DNA of 64,000 nucleotides, taken from positions 2,016,001-2,080,000 of the forward strand of contig OZ244799.1 of assembly GCA_965219955.1 (NCBI GenBank), written 5' to 3'. The translations under genes and the position numbers were made by a program. The notes under the pieces are model-generated. The model saw only the letters and a list, made by a program, of their open reading frames with translations. It did not search any database and was not told the DNA's origin. Numbering within the stretch: the first letter of the stretch is position 1; each line of letters opens with the position of its first letter. Source of the stretch: a bacterium (GTDB lineage: Bacteria; UBA8248). Positions 47,291 through 57,296 of the stretch are shown one piece after another.

Positions 47291-48883
47291 ATGGCGCAGT
47301 TCGATGGTGTTGTGATCGGCGCGGGACATAACGGCCTGGTGTGCGCGGCGTATCTCGCCCGGGCGGGGCTGAAAATCGCCGTTCTGGACAGCGAACCCGA
47401 AATCGGCGGCGGCTCGAGCACCAGGGAATTCCTGCTGCCCGGCTACCAGTCCAACATGCACGCGAATTTCTTCATCGGTCTGGACGATTTTCCAATCGTC
47501 AAGGACCTGGAACTGAATAAATACGGGTTCAAGTGGCTCACCCCCGACGTGCAGCACGCCGCGCTGTACCGCGACGGCACGGCGGTTCTGCTTCACCGGG
47601 ATGCTGAGAAAAGCGCAGCTTCCATCTCGCGATTTTCGAAAAAAGACGCAGAATCATACGCCTACCTTCACCGGCGATTCGCCGTGGAACTCGCCCCTCT
47701 CATGCGCAGTTTCCTGTTTCATCCACCGCTGCCTCCGGAGGAAATCGTCTCCCGGATGGAGGGCGACGCAGGCCGGGAGATCCTGAGCTTTGCGAAAATG
47801 TCGATTTTCGAGGCCATCGAATCGCATTTCGAGCATCCCAAAATGCGGGCCTTGTTCTTCCTGTTCTCCCACGCCATCACGGTGGAGAACGCGCCGGGCA
47901 CGGGTATCTTTCTCCCGAGCCTGTTCTCCACCCACACGACGCTCGGCCTCCCGGTGGGGGGCGCCATCCAACTGCCCCTGGCGCTCGAGCGCATCGTCAC
48001 CCAGAACGGAGGCGTCGTCCTGAGAAGCACCCACGTGCGCGAGGTGATTCGGGAAAACGGCCGCGCGACGGGCGTGATGCTCGATGGCGGAGAGAAGATG
48101 ATGGCGACGCAATTCGTCGCTTCGAGTCTCAACGCGCCGGCATCCATCAAAATGGCGGGAGAAGACGCGTTCCCCGATGAGGTCAACGAGAAGGTGCGAA
48201 ACTGGGACTGGGGCTTCCATTCCCTGAGCACGCTGCATCTCGCCCTGGCTGAAATCCCGCGATATGCCGCGGAGGATTTCGACCCCGACGTAGGCGAGGC
48301 CTACAACATCATCTTCGGGGCGGACTCCGGCGAGGAGATGGCCGAGAACACCGAAGAGCGCAGAAACGGCCTCATCCCGTCGAACCCGATGGGCAACGGT
48401 TCATGCAACAGCCAGCACGACCCCTCCTATGCGCCCCCGGGCGGCCACGTCGCTTTCTGGTGGCCGGGCGCGCCCTATGAGCTCAAGGACGGCGGCCCCC
48501 GGAAGTGGGATGAGATAAAAGAGGAATACACCGAACGCCTCGTGGACGTATGGCGGGGCTACGCTCCGAACCTCACGCCGGACAACGTCCGCGCGGCGAA
48601 GCTCTACACGCCGCTCGACGTGGAACGCGGGAACAAGAACATGATCCGCGGCGGCGTGCGCATGGGGGCGTACATTCCCGAACAGTTGGGGATCAACAGG
48701 CCCCATCCCCTGCTCTCCGGCATGCGGACGCCTCTGGAGGGGTTCTATCTGTGCAGTTCGAGCTGCCAGGGGGGTGGTCTGAACGGGGCGCCCGGCTACA
48801 ACGCCGCCGGCGTGATCGCGGATGATTTGGGCGTCGAGAAATGGTGGGAGCCGCTTCCTGCGCCTGCGGCGCCCGCAGGCTAG
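47291..48883 (+). CDS. Phytoene-desaturase-like NAD(P)/FAD-dependent oxidoreductase
   Basis: IGAGHNGLVCAAYLARAG, PVGG, TPLD.E and YLCSS...GGG..GAPGYNAA motifs. Confidence 0.88.
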   Translation: MAQFDGVVIGAGHNGLVCAAYLARAGLKIAVLDSEPEIGGGSSTREFLLPGYQSNMHANFFIGLDDFPIVKDLELNKYGFKWLTPDVQHAALYRDGTAVLLHRDAEKSAASISRFSKKDAESYAYLHRRFAVELAPLMRSFLFHPPLPPEEIVSRMEGDAGREILSFAKMSIFEAIESHFEHPKMRALFFLFSHAITVENAPGTGIFLPSLFSTHTTLGLPVGGAIQLPLALERIVTQNGGVVLRSTHVREVIRENGRATGVMLDGGEKMMATQFVASSLNAPASIKMAGEDAFPDEVNEKVRNWDWGFHSLSTLHLALAEIPRYAAEDFDPDVGEAYNIIFGADSGEEMAENTEERRNGLIPSNPMGNGSCNSQHDPSYAPPGGHVAFWWPGAPYELKDGGPRKWDEIKEEYTERLVDVWRGYAPNLTPDNVRAAKLYTPLDVERGNKNMIRGGVRMGAYIPEQLGINRPHPLLSGMRTPLEGFYLCSSSCQGGGLNGAPGYNAAGVIADDLGVEKWWEPLPAPAAPAG

Positions 48884-49281
48884 GTCTCCGCGCCGGGGAT
48901 CATCACCACCGCTTCGATTTCCACGATGTCGTCCTGGTTCAGCCTGCTCACTTCCACGATGGTGCGCGTGGGCAGGTTCGGCCCGAAGTATTCCTCATAC
49001 AGCCGGTTGATTGTCGGGCGGTGGGCATCCATGTCCCGCACGTAGACGACGGTGGAAACGAACGTGGCGAGCGACCCGCCCGCCGCCTCCGCAATGGCTT
49101 TCAGGTTCTCGAAAGTTCTTCTGGTACGCGCCTCGATGGTTCGCTCGACGAGTTCCCCGGAATCCGGGTCGATGCCGCGCTGGCCGGCGATGAACAACAG
49201 GTTCCCCACGCGGCGCGCCTGGACGAAGGGTCCGGTGGGCGAAGGGGCCTGCTCTGTCTGGATGGTTTGAGGCGACTCCAA
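48880..49281 (-). CDS. RidA/YjgF family protein
   Basis: AP.PTGPFVQA, LFIAGQ, PTRTIVEV..L and VEIEAV motifs; TTG start after GGAG. Confidence 0.88.
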   Translation of the reverse strand: MESPQTIQTEQAPSPTGPFVQARRVGNLLFIAGQRGIDPDSGELVERTIEARTRRTFENLKAIAEAAGGSLATFVSTVVYVRDMDAHRPTINRLYEEYFGPNLPTRTIVEVSRLNQDDIVEIEAVVMIPGAET

Positions 49282-49349
49282 GGCGTCTCCCCGGTTTGCA
49301 AGCAGGGAATAAGCTGCGCGATTGGTTTTCCTGCCGCGTGGCGCCGCTA

Positions 49350-49571
49350 TTATTTCTTGCCTTTCGGCAACTCCGCCGGAAAAGCGATTTTGAGCCATTG
49401 CTGCGTCAGTATGGTCGCGGCGTTCTCGTCTCTTCCGGGAATGAACGCGATGGGTTCTTTGGGCTGAGCGCCCTCCTGATCGAGCATATAGACGTCGACG
49501 CCGAACCCGTACAGGTCATGATCGCGGGTTTCGAGATTGTACTTCACCCCATTGTTCGTCAGTTGATTCAT
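49350..49571 (-). CDS. Small hypothetical protein
   Basis: AAAGGA RBS, coding-like composition, double TAA stop. Confidence 0.6.
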   Translation of the reverse strand: MNQLTNNGVKYNLETRDHDLYGFGVDVYMLDQEGAQPKEPIAFIPGRDENAATILTQQWLKIAFPAELPKGKK

Positions 49572-49695
49572 CTGGGATCATCCTTTCAAGCTCACTGGCG
49601 AAAAACTCGACGATGAGAGTTCCAACTCCCGCTATCATAGCCGATGGCTTGAGCCCCCGTAAAGTTTGGAGGCAGTCTCAAACGCATCCGTTCTT

Positions 49696-50226
49696 GGGGT
49701 TGTTGGAAAAGCCTGGATAAACGAGGGTTTGACTCGTCCGATAAATGAGCAAGATTCACTCCCCCTTGAGGGTCTGGCTTCCCGAGGGGAAAGCCAGACG
49801 GTGAGGTAAGGGCGCAAGCCCGCAAGCGAACCGGTGGGGGGTATAATTCGGAATGGCGATAAAACGCATTTTACCCCCCACCGCATCAGCCTTCGCAAAA
49901 AACGCTCGGCTTCTTCGTCTGGCTTTCCCCTCGGGAAGCCAGACCCTCAAGGGGGGAGTGATTCTTCTCTCTCGTTGGTTGGCAATGTTGTTCAAGGGCA
50001 ATGTCCGCAGCCGCGCAGATGAGCTGAATTCCGAGCGAGAAGCCTTTTTCAACAGCCCCGACAAGGGGGGTAGGGGAGTTGGTTTTCGGGGTGAGCGGGC
50101 GGGAGACGCAAAAGAACCTCATCCCGAGTAGGCCCGAAGGGCCGTATCGAGGGAGCGCCCCTTCGACAGGCTCAGGACAGGCCCTTCGATACGCCCTTCG
50201 ACAAGCTCAGGACTACTCAGGGTGAG
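49696..50226. mobile_element. Composite MITE/REP cluster
   Basis: Ends ggggttgttggaaaagcc / gcctttttcaacagcccc (49696-50059) enclose a CACTCCCCC element (49757-49960); followed by CTCATCCCGAGTAG...CTACTCAGGGTGAG with CCCTTCGACA(G/A)GCTCAGG repeats. Confidence 0.75.
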
Positions 50227-50842
50227 GGGTATCGGGCGGCGCGGCGGTGCGGCGGATGAGTTCCTTGAGCGCCTCCATGTTCTCGCGGTGCTGATCTTTG
50301 TGCTCCTCGCGCTGGGTGGCGAGCGCGTTCATGGTCGCGACGTGCTGAGCTTTTTGATCCTCGCGTTGCGCGGCGAGCGCGTTCATGGTCGCGATGTGCT
50401 GATCTTTTTGGTCCTCGCGCTGGGCGGCGAGCGAACTCATAGTGGCGCGGTGTTGATCTTTGTGCTCCTCGCGCTGTGTGGCGAGCGCGTTCATGTTCTC
50501 GCGGTGCGCGCGTTCCATCGCTTCCATGGTTGCGCGGTGCTGGTCTTTTTGCGCCTCGCGCTCGGCGGCGAGTGCCTCCATGTTCTCACGGTGCGTGCGC
50601 TCCATCGCCTCCATGGTTTCGCGGTGGCGGCTGTCGAGCGCCTTCATGGTTTCGCGGTGCTGGGCGTCGCGGTGGCGCGCGGCCTGGCGCATGAAGTAGA
50701 GGCCGTAGGCGATCAGGGAGCACTGCGCGGCCCCCACGAGCGCGGCGACCCACACCGAGGCCTGCTGCGCTACGAGGGAGGCTTTCTGGATGGCCAGGGA
50801 TGATTCCTGGATGGCGAGACTTGCGGCTTCGTATTCCGTCAT
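50213..50842 (-). CDS. Hypothetical membrane-anchored coiled-coil protein with expanded HxxxM repeats
   Basis: MTEYEAASLA...SVWVAALVGAAQCSLI...nine H-x3-M units...ELIRRT; paralog of 1093-1542. Confidence 0.82.
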   Translation of the reverse strand: MTEYEAASLAIQESSLAIQKASLVAQQASVWVAALVGAAQCSLIAYGLYFMRQAARHRDAQHRETMKALDSRHRETMEAMERTHRENMEALAAEREAQKDQHRATMEAMERAHRENMNALATQREEHKDQHRATMSSLAAQREDQKDQHIATMNALAAQREDQKAQHVATMNALATQREEHKDQHRENMEALKELIRRTAAPPDTPHPE

Positions 50843-51048
50843 TTGGTTTTCCCCCACGTTAGTGGGTCCTCATACGCGTAACTCTAATGCGCCGCCGCGC
50901 GCTTCGTCAAGGCGGATTCCGGGTGGCGGGGGAGGGTATTTGATCATCATTCCGGCAATCAATGCCGACCGGGGAGGGAGGGATTGCCGGAATGACGGCG
51001 GGCGGTTTGCGGTTTTCGAGGCGAGCGGGGAGAAGGGCGTTTCACTCG

Positions 51049-51480
51049 GGGGTTGTTGAAAAAAGCTCCGATAAAGGAGAGGTTTGTTCCGTAGGGGCCG
51101 TTCTCGTGAACGGCCCACGTTCGTGAACGGCCCTTGCCGGAGAAACGGGCGCTTCACGAAGCGCCCCTACGACACTCTTCCGGAGAGATCACAACACCCG
51201 TCATTCCGGCGAAAGCCGGAATCCATTTTGACTTTTCACCAGGCGGGGTGGCCACGACCTTGTTCTTACGCGGCGTCCGGATGCGGAATCCAAAGAATTC
51301 GCCTTTCGTTTTTGTATTCGATTCCGCTCCTCCCCGCTCGGGAGCAAAGACGTCCGAGCGAGGGGGCGAAAAGGCAAAGGCGAAAATGGATTCCGGCTTT
51401 CGCCGGAATGACGGCCAAAACCAAAAACCGGGCGGAGGCGCAGGCATCACTTTCTCCTCCAGGACTTTTTCAACAACCCC
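51049..51480. mobile_element. Composite MITE-like element related to 5279-5749
   Basis: Ends ggggttgttgaaaaagc / gactttttcaacaacccc; GTAG REP 51089-51170; GTCATT element 51200-51412. Confidence 0.78.
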
Positions 51481-51522
51481 GTTCTTGACCCTGTTTGGGG
51501 CCTATGATAAACGCAAAACCCT

Positions 51523-51597
51523 GGGCCGTTAGCTCAGTGGCAGAGCGCTGCCTTCACACGGCAGAAGTCACTGGTTCAAATCCAGTACGGCCCACCA
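51523..51597 (+). tRNA. tRNA-Val (anticodon CAC)
   Basis: GGGCCGT acceptor stem, AGCTCAGTGGCAGAGC D arm, CTGCC-TTCACAC-GGCAG anticodon arm, GGTTCAAATCC T arm, encoded CCA. Confidence 0.97.
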
Positions 51598-51636
51598 GCC
51601 AAATCTTCTTCGGGCGCTTGAAGAAACCCGGCAGTC

Positions 51637-52689
51637 CTAGACGTCGATCCCTTCCAGAAGCTCCGTCATCCGTATCTTTCTTCCCGCTTCCGCCGAGCGG
51701 CACGAACCCTCCACCTGCGCGAGGGCATGGACGGCCTCCCGGGGGCCGGTTTCGGGCGCATCGCCCGTGCGGGCGCAATCGGCGAACTCCTCCACCTCGT
51801 CGATTATCATGTCCGCCATTTCGGGCACGGGCACGTCCGTCCAGCCGGCTTCGCCCGCCTTTTGAATCTTTAAGCTAGTTTCATCGTTCGTCCGGTGCGC
51901 CAGGGTGATGTTTTCGCGGACCATCTCGAGAGAGACCACCGCCTGGGTGCCGTGCAGCCTGAGCGTGAAAATGCCCGGCGTCACGAAACTCGTCATCAGG
52001 GTGGAGACGGGGCCGCCTTCGTGCTCGGTGATCGTCATCGTCACGTCGTCTATCTCCGCCGGCGTGGCCAGCTTTTTGTGCACCCCGGTGACGCTCACGG
52101 GCTCGCCCAGCAGGTAGTTCAGCGTGTCGCAGTGGTGGATCCCCATCTGCATGAGGGGGCCGCCCGGACACTCATCCCGGAAATAACGCCACCGATTGGG
52201 AGTGAAGAACTGACCCATGTGGTTTGAAAAAACAGCCTCCGCCCAAAGCGGCCTGCCGATGGTGCCGTCTCCTATCAGCGCGCGGATTTTCCGGTGCCCC
52301 GCCGCGCGCCGGTAGCAGTGCCCCACCGCCAGCGTCTTGCAGGACGCCCGCCAGGCTCTGAGCACCTCGGGCGCTTCGGCCAGGACGTTCGTTATCGGCT
52401 TTTCCACCCAGACGTGCTTGCCCGCCTCGAGCGCGGCGATGATCTGGGCCGCATGCACCTTGTTCGGCGTGGTGAGCAGAACCCCCTCCACGTCCGGATT
52501 CCCTAATATCGCCTCATAGCTCACCGCCGCCTCGCATCCATGCTCCTCAGCGAAGGAGGCGCGCTTTTCTTCGTTGCGCGTGTAGCAGGTGATGAGGTCT
52601 ATCTTCCCGCTTCTGCGGAGGGCGTCTCCTATCGGCGTCGCCCACCACCCGAGGCCCACGAGGGCCGTTCTGAATTTTTCCTGAGACAT
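51637..52689 (-). CDS. Gfo/Idh/MocA family oxidoreductase
   Basis: LVGLGWW, GKHVWVEKP and GIHHCD motifs. Confidence 0.9.
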   Translation of the reverse strand: MSQEKFRTALVGLGWWATPIGDALRRSGKIDLITCYTRNEEKRASFAEEHGCEAAVSYEAILGNPDVEGVLLTTPNKVHAAQIIAALEAGKHVWVEKPITNVLAEAPEVLRAWRASCKTLAVGHCYRRAAGHRKIRALIGDGTIGRPLWAEAVFSNHMGQFFTPNRWRYFRDECPGGPLMQMGIHHCDTLNYLLGEPVSVTGVHKKLATPAEIDDVTMTITEHEGGPVSTLMTSFVTPGIFTLRLHGTQAVVSLEMVRENITLAHRTNDETSLKIQKAGEAGWTDVPVPEMADMIIDEVEEFADCARTGDAPETGPREAVHALAQVEGSCRSAEAGRKIRMTELLEGIDV

Positions 52690-52753
52690 ATGAACTCCCC
52701 GTTCTGAAGTATCTGGTTTCTGTGAAATATGGCTCCTTCGAGGATGGGTATCC

Positions 52754-55327
52754 TCACATCAAACTCAACGGGTCTACGTCCACCGCCAGGCGAACGGAAG
52801 AGAAAGCCGCCTGCCCGCCGAATTCCGCCGTCAGCGAATCGAGCGCCTCGCCCAGGCGCTTCGACCCCCTGGCCTTCAGGATCATGTGATACCGCCATAC
52901 GCCGCGAATCCTCACGAGCGGCGCCGGCGCGGGGCCCAGATATTCGACCCCGCCGGGATCGGCGGCGCGCCCGGCGGCGGCAGCGCCATGTTTGCGCAGA
53001 TACGAGGCCATCCATTCTGCGGCTTTCGCGGCGAGGTGCTTCTCCTTCGACTCGAAACGCAGCCTGGCCAGGCGTCGATAGGGCGGGTAGCCCATCCGCT
53101 CCCGCGCCAGAGCTTCTCTCTTGTAGAAACCGGCGTAATCATGCGTCTGCGCGCACTGAACCGCGAAATGGTCCGGCCTGAACGTCTGGATGATGACTTC
53201 ACCGGGCAAATCGGCGCGGCCCGCCCGGCCCGCCACCTGCGTCAACAGCTGGAAAGTGCGCTCGCTCGCCCTGAAATCGGGCAGATGAAGCCCGACGTCG
53301 GCCACCACGACGCCCACGAGCGTCAGTTTCGGGAAATCATGGCCTTTCGCCACCATCTGCGTCCCGATGAGGATGTCGATTTCCCCGCTTCGCATGGCGC
53401 CGAATATGCTCTCGTACGCGCCTGCCCGGCGGGCCGTGTCGCGATCCAGACGCTGGACGCGCGCCTCCGGGAATCGCGCCTTGACGGCCTGCTCGACGCG
53501 CTCGGTTCCAACGCCGAAGTACCCCACCCTGTCGCCCCTGCAGGAGGAGCACCTGTTGGGCGGATGCGCGCTGTAATCGCACCAGTGGCACTGCACCCTG
53601 CCCCCGCCTTCGCGGTGAAACGTGAGCGGGATGGAGCAGTGAGGACACTGGAGCGCCTCGCCGCAATCGCGGCACAGGATCACCGAAGAGAACCCGCGCC
53701 GGTTCAGGAACAACAGCGTCTGCTCGCCTCGCTCCAGACGCTCGCCGACGGCCTTCGCCAAATCGCGCGTGAGAAGCTCGGGCGTCCTGGGGTCGGAGCC
53801 GGCCTCTTTTCTCAAATCCACCAGGCGCACCTGAGGCAAGGCCCCTCCGGTGGGCCGACCCGACAGCGAGCGCAGGCGGTAGCGGCCGCTTCTCGCGCTC
53901 GTATAGCTTTCAATCGACGGCGTCGCCGAACCCAGCACGACGGGAACCCCCAGATTCCTGGCGCGCACGATGCCCGTATCCCGCGCGTGGTAGCGAGGGG
54001 ATTCCTCTTGCTTGTAGGAGCCGTCGTGCTCCTCATCCACCGCAATCATCCCGAGATTCGGGACCGGGGCGAAGACGGCGGACCTCGTCCCCACGACGAT
54101 GGGCGCCTCCCCGTTCTTGATGCGCCGCCATTCCGAGATGCGCTTTTTGTCCGAATAGGCGCTGTGCAGACAGGCCACCGAACCCCCGAAGCGCTCCTGA
54201 AAGCGCCCCAGGAGCTGGGGGGTCAGCCCGATTTCCGGCACCAGAATCAACGCGCCCAACCCGTTTTCGAGGGCTTCTTGCGCAAGCCGGATGTAGACTT
54301 CCGTCTTCCCGCTTCCGGTGACGCCGTGAAGAAGCGTGACCGAAAAATTCTTTTTCTCGATATCCTCCTTCACCAGTTCGAACGATTCTTTCTGCTCATC
54401 CGTAAGATCCATAGCGGGTGCACCGACCCCTGGACTCGGCTCGCTCACATCCTCCGCATCCGGGAGGAGATATTCTACTACTTCGACCCACCCTTTTCTC
54501 TCCAAAGCGGCGCAGGCGGCGCGCGCGCCTTTCGAGAGGATTTCCAGTTCCCCCAGCCGCATCCGCCCGTCAGCCGCCTGATCCAACAGGCCCAGGATTT
54601 CCGCCTGCCGCTTCGCGCGTTTCGCCAGAGACTCCAGTTCACCTTCCGGGGGCATCTTGAGAAGGCGCGCGTACTTGGCCTTCCGCTGTTTCGAGCCACC
54701 CACCTCGTCGACGAATTTCTCCACGAAGCCCGCATCGAGAAGACGTTCGATCTCCGGGCGCGTCCCTCGCCCGAACGACGCCGCAAGAGAACCGATGGTT
54801 CTCGGACTCTTTCGCAGCGCGACCAGGATGCGCGCCTTGTGGCTTCCCTTCGCCTCCGAGGGCTTGAGGCCGGGCAGGCCCAGGCCGCCTTCCTCGAATG
54901 CAGCCTCCACCCGCCCTTTCTCACTGAGGCGGTAACGCTCTACCGTTTTCTTCTCCCTGTGGGACGGCAGCGCGAATTTGAGCGCCTCCCCCCAGCCGCA
55001 ACAATAGTAATCCGCCACCCATCTGGTGAGTTCCAGAAGTTCCGGCGTGAGCAGCGGCTCATCGTCAAGCATCTCCAGAACGGGTTTGATGGAACCGGGC
55101 TCGACCCCGGGGGGCGGGCTCATGCCCGGCGGGTGGACGACGTATCCCGTCACTTTCCGCCTGCCCAGCGGCACCAGCACGCGCAGTCCGGGCGACAGCC
55201 TCTCCGCTAGCTCATGGCTTGCCCGGTAGGTAAGAGGCTTTAGCTGCGGGACGCTGAGCGCGACCTCGACATACGCGCTTCCCGCTTCATGCGCTCGCGC
55301 GGCCTCTTTCTTGATGGTGTATTTCAC
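52754..55327 (-). CDS. priA: Primosomal protein N' (replication restart helicase)
   Basis: GVTGSGKTEVY, VPEIGLTPQ, DEEHD, four CxxC pairs and QVAGRAGR; start placed at the GTG overlapping the upstream stop. Confidence 0.95.
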   Translation of the reverse strand: MKYTIKKEAARAHEAGSAYVEVALSVPQLKPLTYRASHELAERLSPGLRVLVPLGRRKVTGYVVHPPGMSPPPGVEPGSIKPVLEMLDDEPLLTPELLELTRWVADYYCCGWGEALKFALPSHREKKTVERYRLSEKGRVEAAFEEGGLGLPGLKPSEAKGSHKARILVALRKSPRTIGSLAASFGRGTRPEIERLLDAGFVEKFVDEVGGSKQRKAKYARLLKMPPEGELESLAKRAKRQAEILGLLDQAADGRMRLGELEILSKGARAACAALERKGWVEVVEYLLPDAEDVSEPSPGVGAPAMDLTDEQKESFELVKEDIEKKNFSVTLLHGVTGSGKTEVYIRLAQEALENGLGALILVPEIGLTPQLLGRFQERFGGSVACLHSAYSDKKRISEWRRIKNGEAPIVVGTRSAVFAPVPNLGMIAVDEEHDGSYKQEESPRYHARDTGIVRARNLGVPVVLGSATPSIESYTSARSGRYRLRSLSGRPTGGALPQVRLVDLRKEAGSDPRTPELLTRDLAKAVGERLERGEQTLLFLNRRGFSSVILCRDCGEALQCPHCSIPLTFHREGGGRVQCHWCDYSAHPPNRCSSCRGDRVGYFGVGTERVEQAVKARFPEARVQRLDRDTARRAGAYESIFGAMRSGEIDILIGTQMVAKGHDFPKLTLVGVVVADVGLHLPDFRASERTFQLLTQVAGRAGRADLPGEVIIQTFRPDHFAVQCAQTHDYAGFYKREALARERMGYPPYRRLARLRFESKEKHLAAKAAEWMASYLRKHGAAAAGRAADPGGVEYLGPAPAPLVRIRGVWRYHMILKARGSKRLGEALDSLTAEFGGQAAFSSVRLAVDVDPLSLM

Positions 55328-56292
55328 GGACGAGGCGTCCCGCCGCCGAGGATGATATCGAGGTGTTCGCTGGTGAGGTTGCGCCCGCTCAGGATTCCGG
55401 CGACCCGCTTGCCCTTCAGGTCCATCTTCATGGCGGCCGCCGTCGGGGCGGCGCCCGCGCCCTCGGCGATGACGTGCACGTCCGAAACAAGCAGGCGGAT
55501 GGCGTCGCACATCTCCTCCTCGCTCACGGTCACGATTTCATCCACGTATCGCCTGATCATCGAAAACGTCAGTTCAAAGGGCACCCGGGTGGCGAGTCCG
55601 TCCGCGAAGGTGTCCGCCGAAGGCTGGGGCTGCAATTCCCCGGCGTAGAAGCTCTTGTAGAAGGCGGGAGCCTTTTCCGCCTGGACTCCCACCACGTGGA
55701 CCTTGGGGTTGACTTGTTTGGCGGCGAGGCCCGCGCCGCATACCCCGCTTCCCCCGCCGAGGGGCACGATGACGACTTCGATATCCGGCTCGGACTCCAT
55801 GATCTCGAGCGTCTGGGTCGCCACGCCCGCGATGAGGTGCGGCTCGTTGGCCGAGTGAACGTAGCGCATGCCGCGCGCTTCGCATTGCTCCTCGCACCAC
55901 ACCCTGGCGTCGTCGAAATCCTTTCCCACGAACGCGACTTCCGCACCGAGTCTCTCGATGGCCGAGATTTTATCCGCGTTCGCCCCGTTCGGGGCCGCTA
56001 TCAGCGCTTTGACCCCGAAGATCCGCGCGGCGTAGGCGATGGACTGGCCGTGGTTGCCGGTCGAGGCCGTGATGAGGCCCGCCTGCTTCTCCTCCGGCCC
56101 GAGCCTGGAGACGAGATTCACGCCGCCGCGCACCTTGAACGCGCCGACGGGCTGCATGGACTCGAACTTCATGAAATACCGGCACCCGATGCGTTCCGAG
56201 AGCACCGGCACCTCGTGAAAAGGCGTGGGCTGCAGGTAGTCGGCGACCCGTTTTTGCGCCTCGAGAACATCATCAAACGTAGGCTCGCGCAT
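55324..56292 (-). CDS. PLP-dependent threonine/serine dehydratase
   Basis: KFESMQPVGAFKVRG, ASTGNHG, PLGGGSG, EGAGA and SGRN motifs. Confidence 0.9.
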   Translation of the reverse strand: MREPTFDDVLEAQKRVADYLQPTPFHEVPVLSERIGCRYFMKFESMQPVGAFKVRGGVNLVSRLGPEEKQAGLITASTGNHGQSIAYAARIFGVKALIAAPNGANADKISAIERLGAEVAFVGKDFDDARVWCEEQCEARGMRYVHSANEPHLIAGVATQTLEIMESEPDIEVVIVPLGGGSGVCGAGLAAKQVNPKVHVVGVQAEKAPAFYKSFYAGELQPQPSADTFADGLATRVPFELTFSMIRRYVDEIVTVSEEEMCDAIRLLVSDVHVIAEGAGAAPTAAAMKMDLKGKRVAGILSGRNLTSEHLDIILGGGTPRP

Positions 56293-56409
56293 GGTTCCTC
56301 CAGAGGTGGGCGTATCAAGACTTCTTATATCAAAATTTCCGTTTCAGAGAGTCCCCGCAAGATAAGCAGCCCGTGGTTTTCGCTATCCGCCTGAAAACCT
56401 GCACATTAC

Positions 56410-56820
56410 GGGGCTGTTGGAAAAGCCCCCGGGAAGCGATTTCGGGAATTGAGGCAACCGACGAGAGAGGAAAATCACTCCCCCTTGAGGGTCATCGCTA
56501 GGGAAGCAGGAAGTGGATTCACTCCCCCCTTGAGGGGGAGTCGAAGAGGCCGAGCGTTTTTTGCGAAGGCCGATTCGGTGGGGGGGAATGCGTTTTATCG
56601 CCACCCGAATTATCCCCCCACCGATTCGCTTGCGGGCTTACGCCCTTAGCTCATCGACTCCCCCTCAAGGGGGGAGTGGTTGATTAGCACTCTGCAAGGG
56701 AGGAGTAAAGTTTCATCCCTTCATGGTCGGCTACATACGCCGAATCACGGAATCAGGGCTTTTTCAACAATCCCCTCAAGGGGGGAGTGATTCCTCTCTC
56801 CTCGGGCTTTTTCAGCAGGC
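56410..56820. mobile_element. Composite MITE cluster
   Basis: ggggctgttggaaaagcccc ... gggctttttcaacaatccc; intact 159-bp CACTCCCCC element 56520-56678; arm 56679-56774 is an inverted homolog of 46498-46593. Confidence 0.75.
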
Positions 56821-56957
56821 GCATTAGGCCCTCATTACGCGTCGCGGAAGAATGCGGCGCCCGCCTGAATCTCGCTCAAAGACGCGGATGTTGACCCCCT
56901 TCTTCGCGCAACCTAGAATGCCTTCGAGCATAAAACTTTACACTGCCGTGGAGGGTC

Positions 56958-57290
56958 ATGATGAAGAGCGCCCTGGAAATTGCGATGGAGAAAACTTCCG
57001 CCATCGGCGAGCAAGCGCGCCAGGAACTGGAAAAACTCACTCCTGAGCAAAGGGACAAGATTGAGGGAATCAAAAAGGTATACGAGGGGAAAATCGCCGA
57101 AAAAGACGTCCTTCACCAGCAGGAATTGATGAAAATGACGGGCGGCGCTCCCATTGAAGCCGTCGAGGCGCAACTCGAACCCGAGGCCAGAGACGCGCTG
57201 AACGCGTTCCGCCAGAAATTCAGGAGCGAGCGCGAGGCGCTCGAAGCGGAGCGCGACGAGAAAATAGAAGCCATCAAAAATGAGAGTTAA
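56958..57290 (+). CDS. Hypothetical helical protein
   Basis: GGAGG RBS; MKSALEIAMEKT N-terminus; charged helical composition; operonic with the next gene. Confidence 0.78.
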   Translation: MMKSALEIAMEKTSAIGEQARQELEKLTPEQRDKIEGIKKVYEGKIAEKDVLHQQELMKMTGGAPIEAVEAQLEPEARDALNAFRQKFRSEREALEAERDEKIEAIKNES

Positions 57291-57296
57291 AAATCC

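Noticed and set aside
50270-50660. 33/54-bp tandem DNA repeats as a CRISPR or ncRNA array
   Set aside because: Unit lengths are multiples of three and lie within a coding frame; they are protein repeats.
51523-51640. tRNA-Val as an island attachment site
   Set aside because: No duplicated tRNA 3' end and no integrase seen in the window.
5279-56820. Recurrent palindromic repeats as a CRISPR array
   Set aside because: They are dispersed inverted pairs, not regularly spaced direct repeats with unique spacers, and no cas genes are present.
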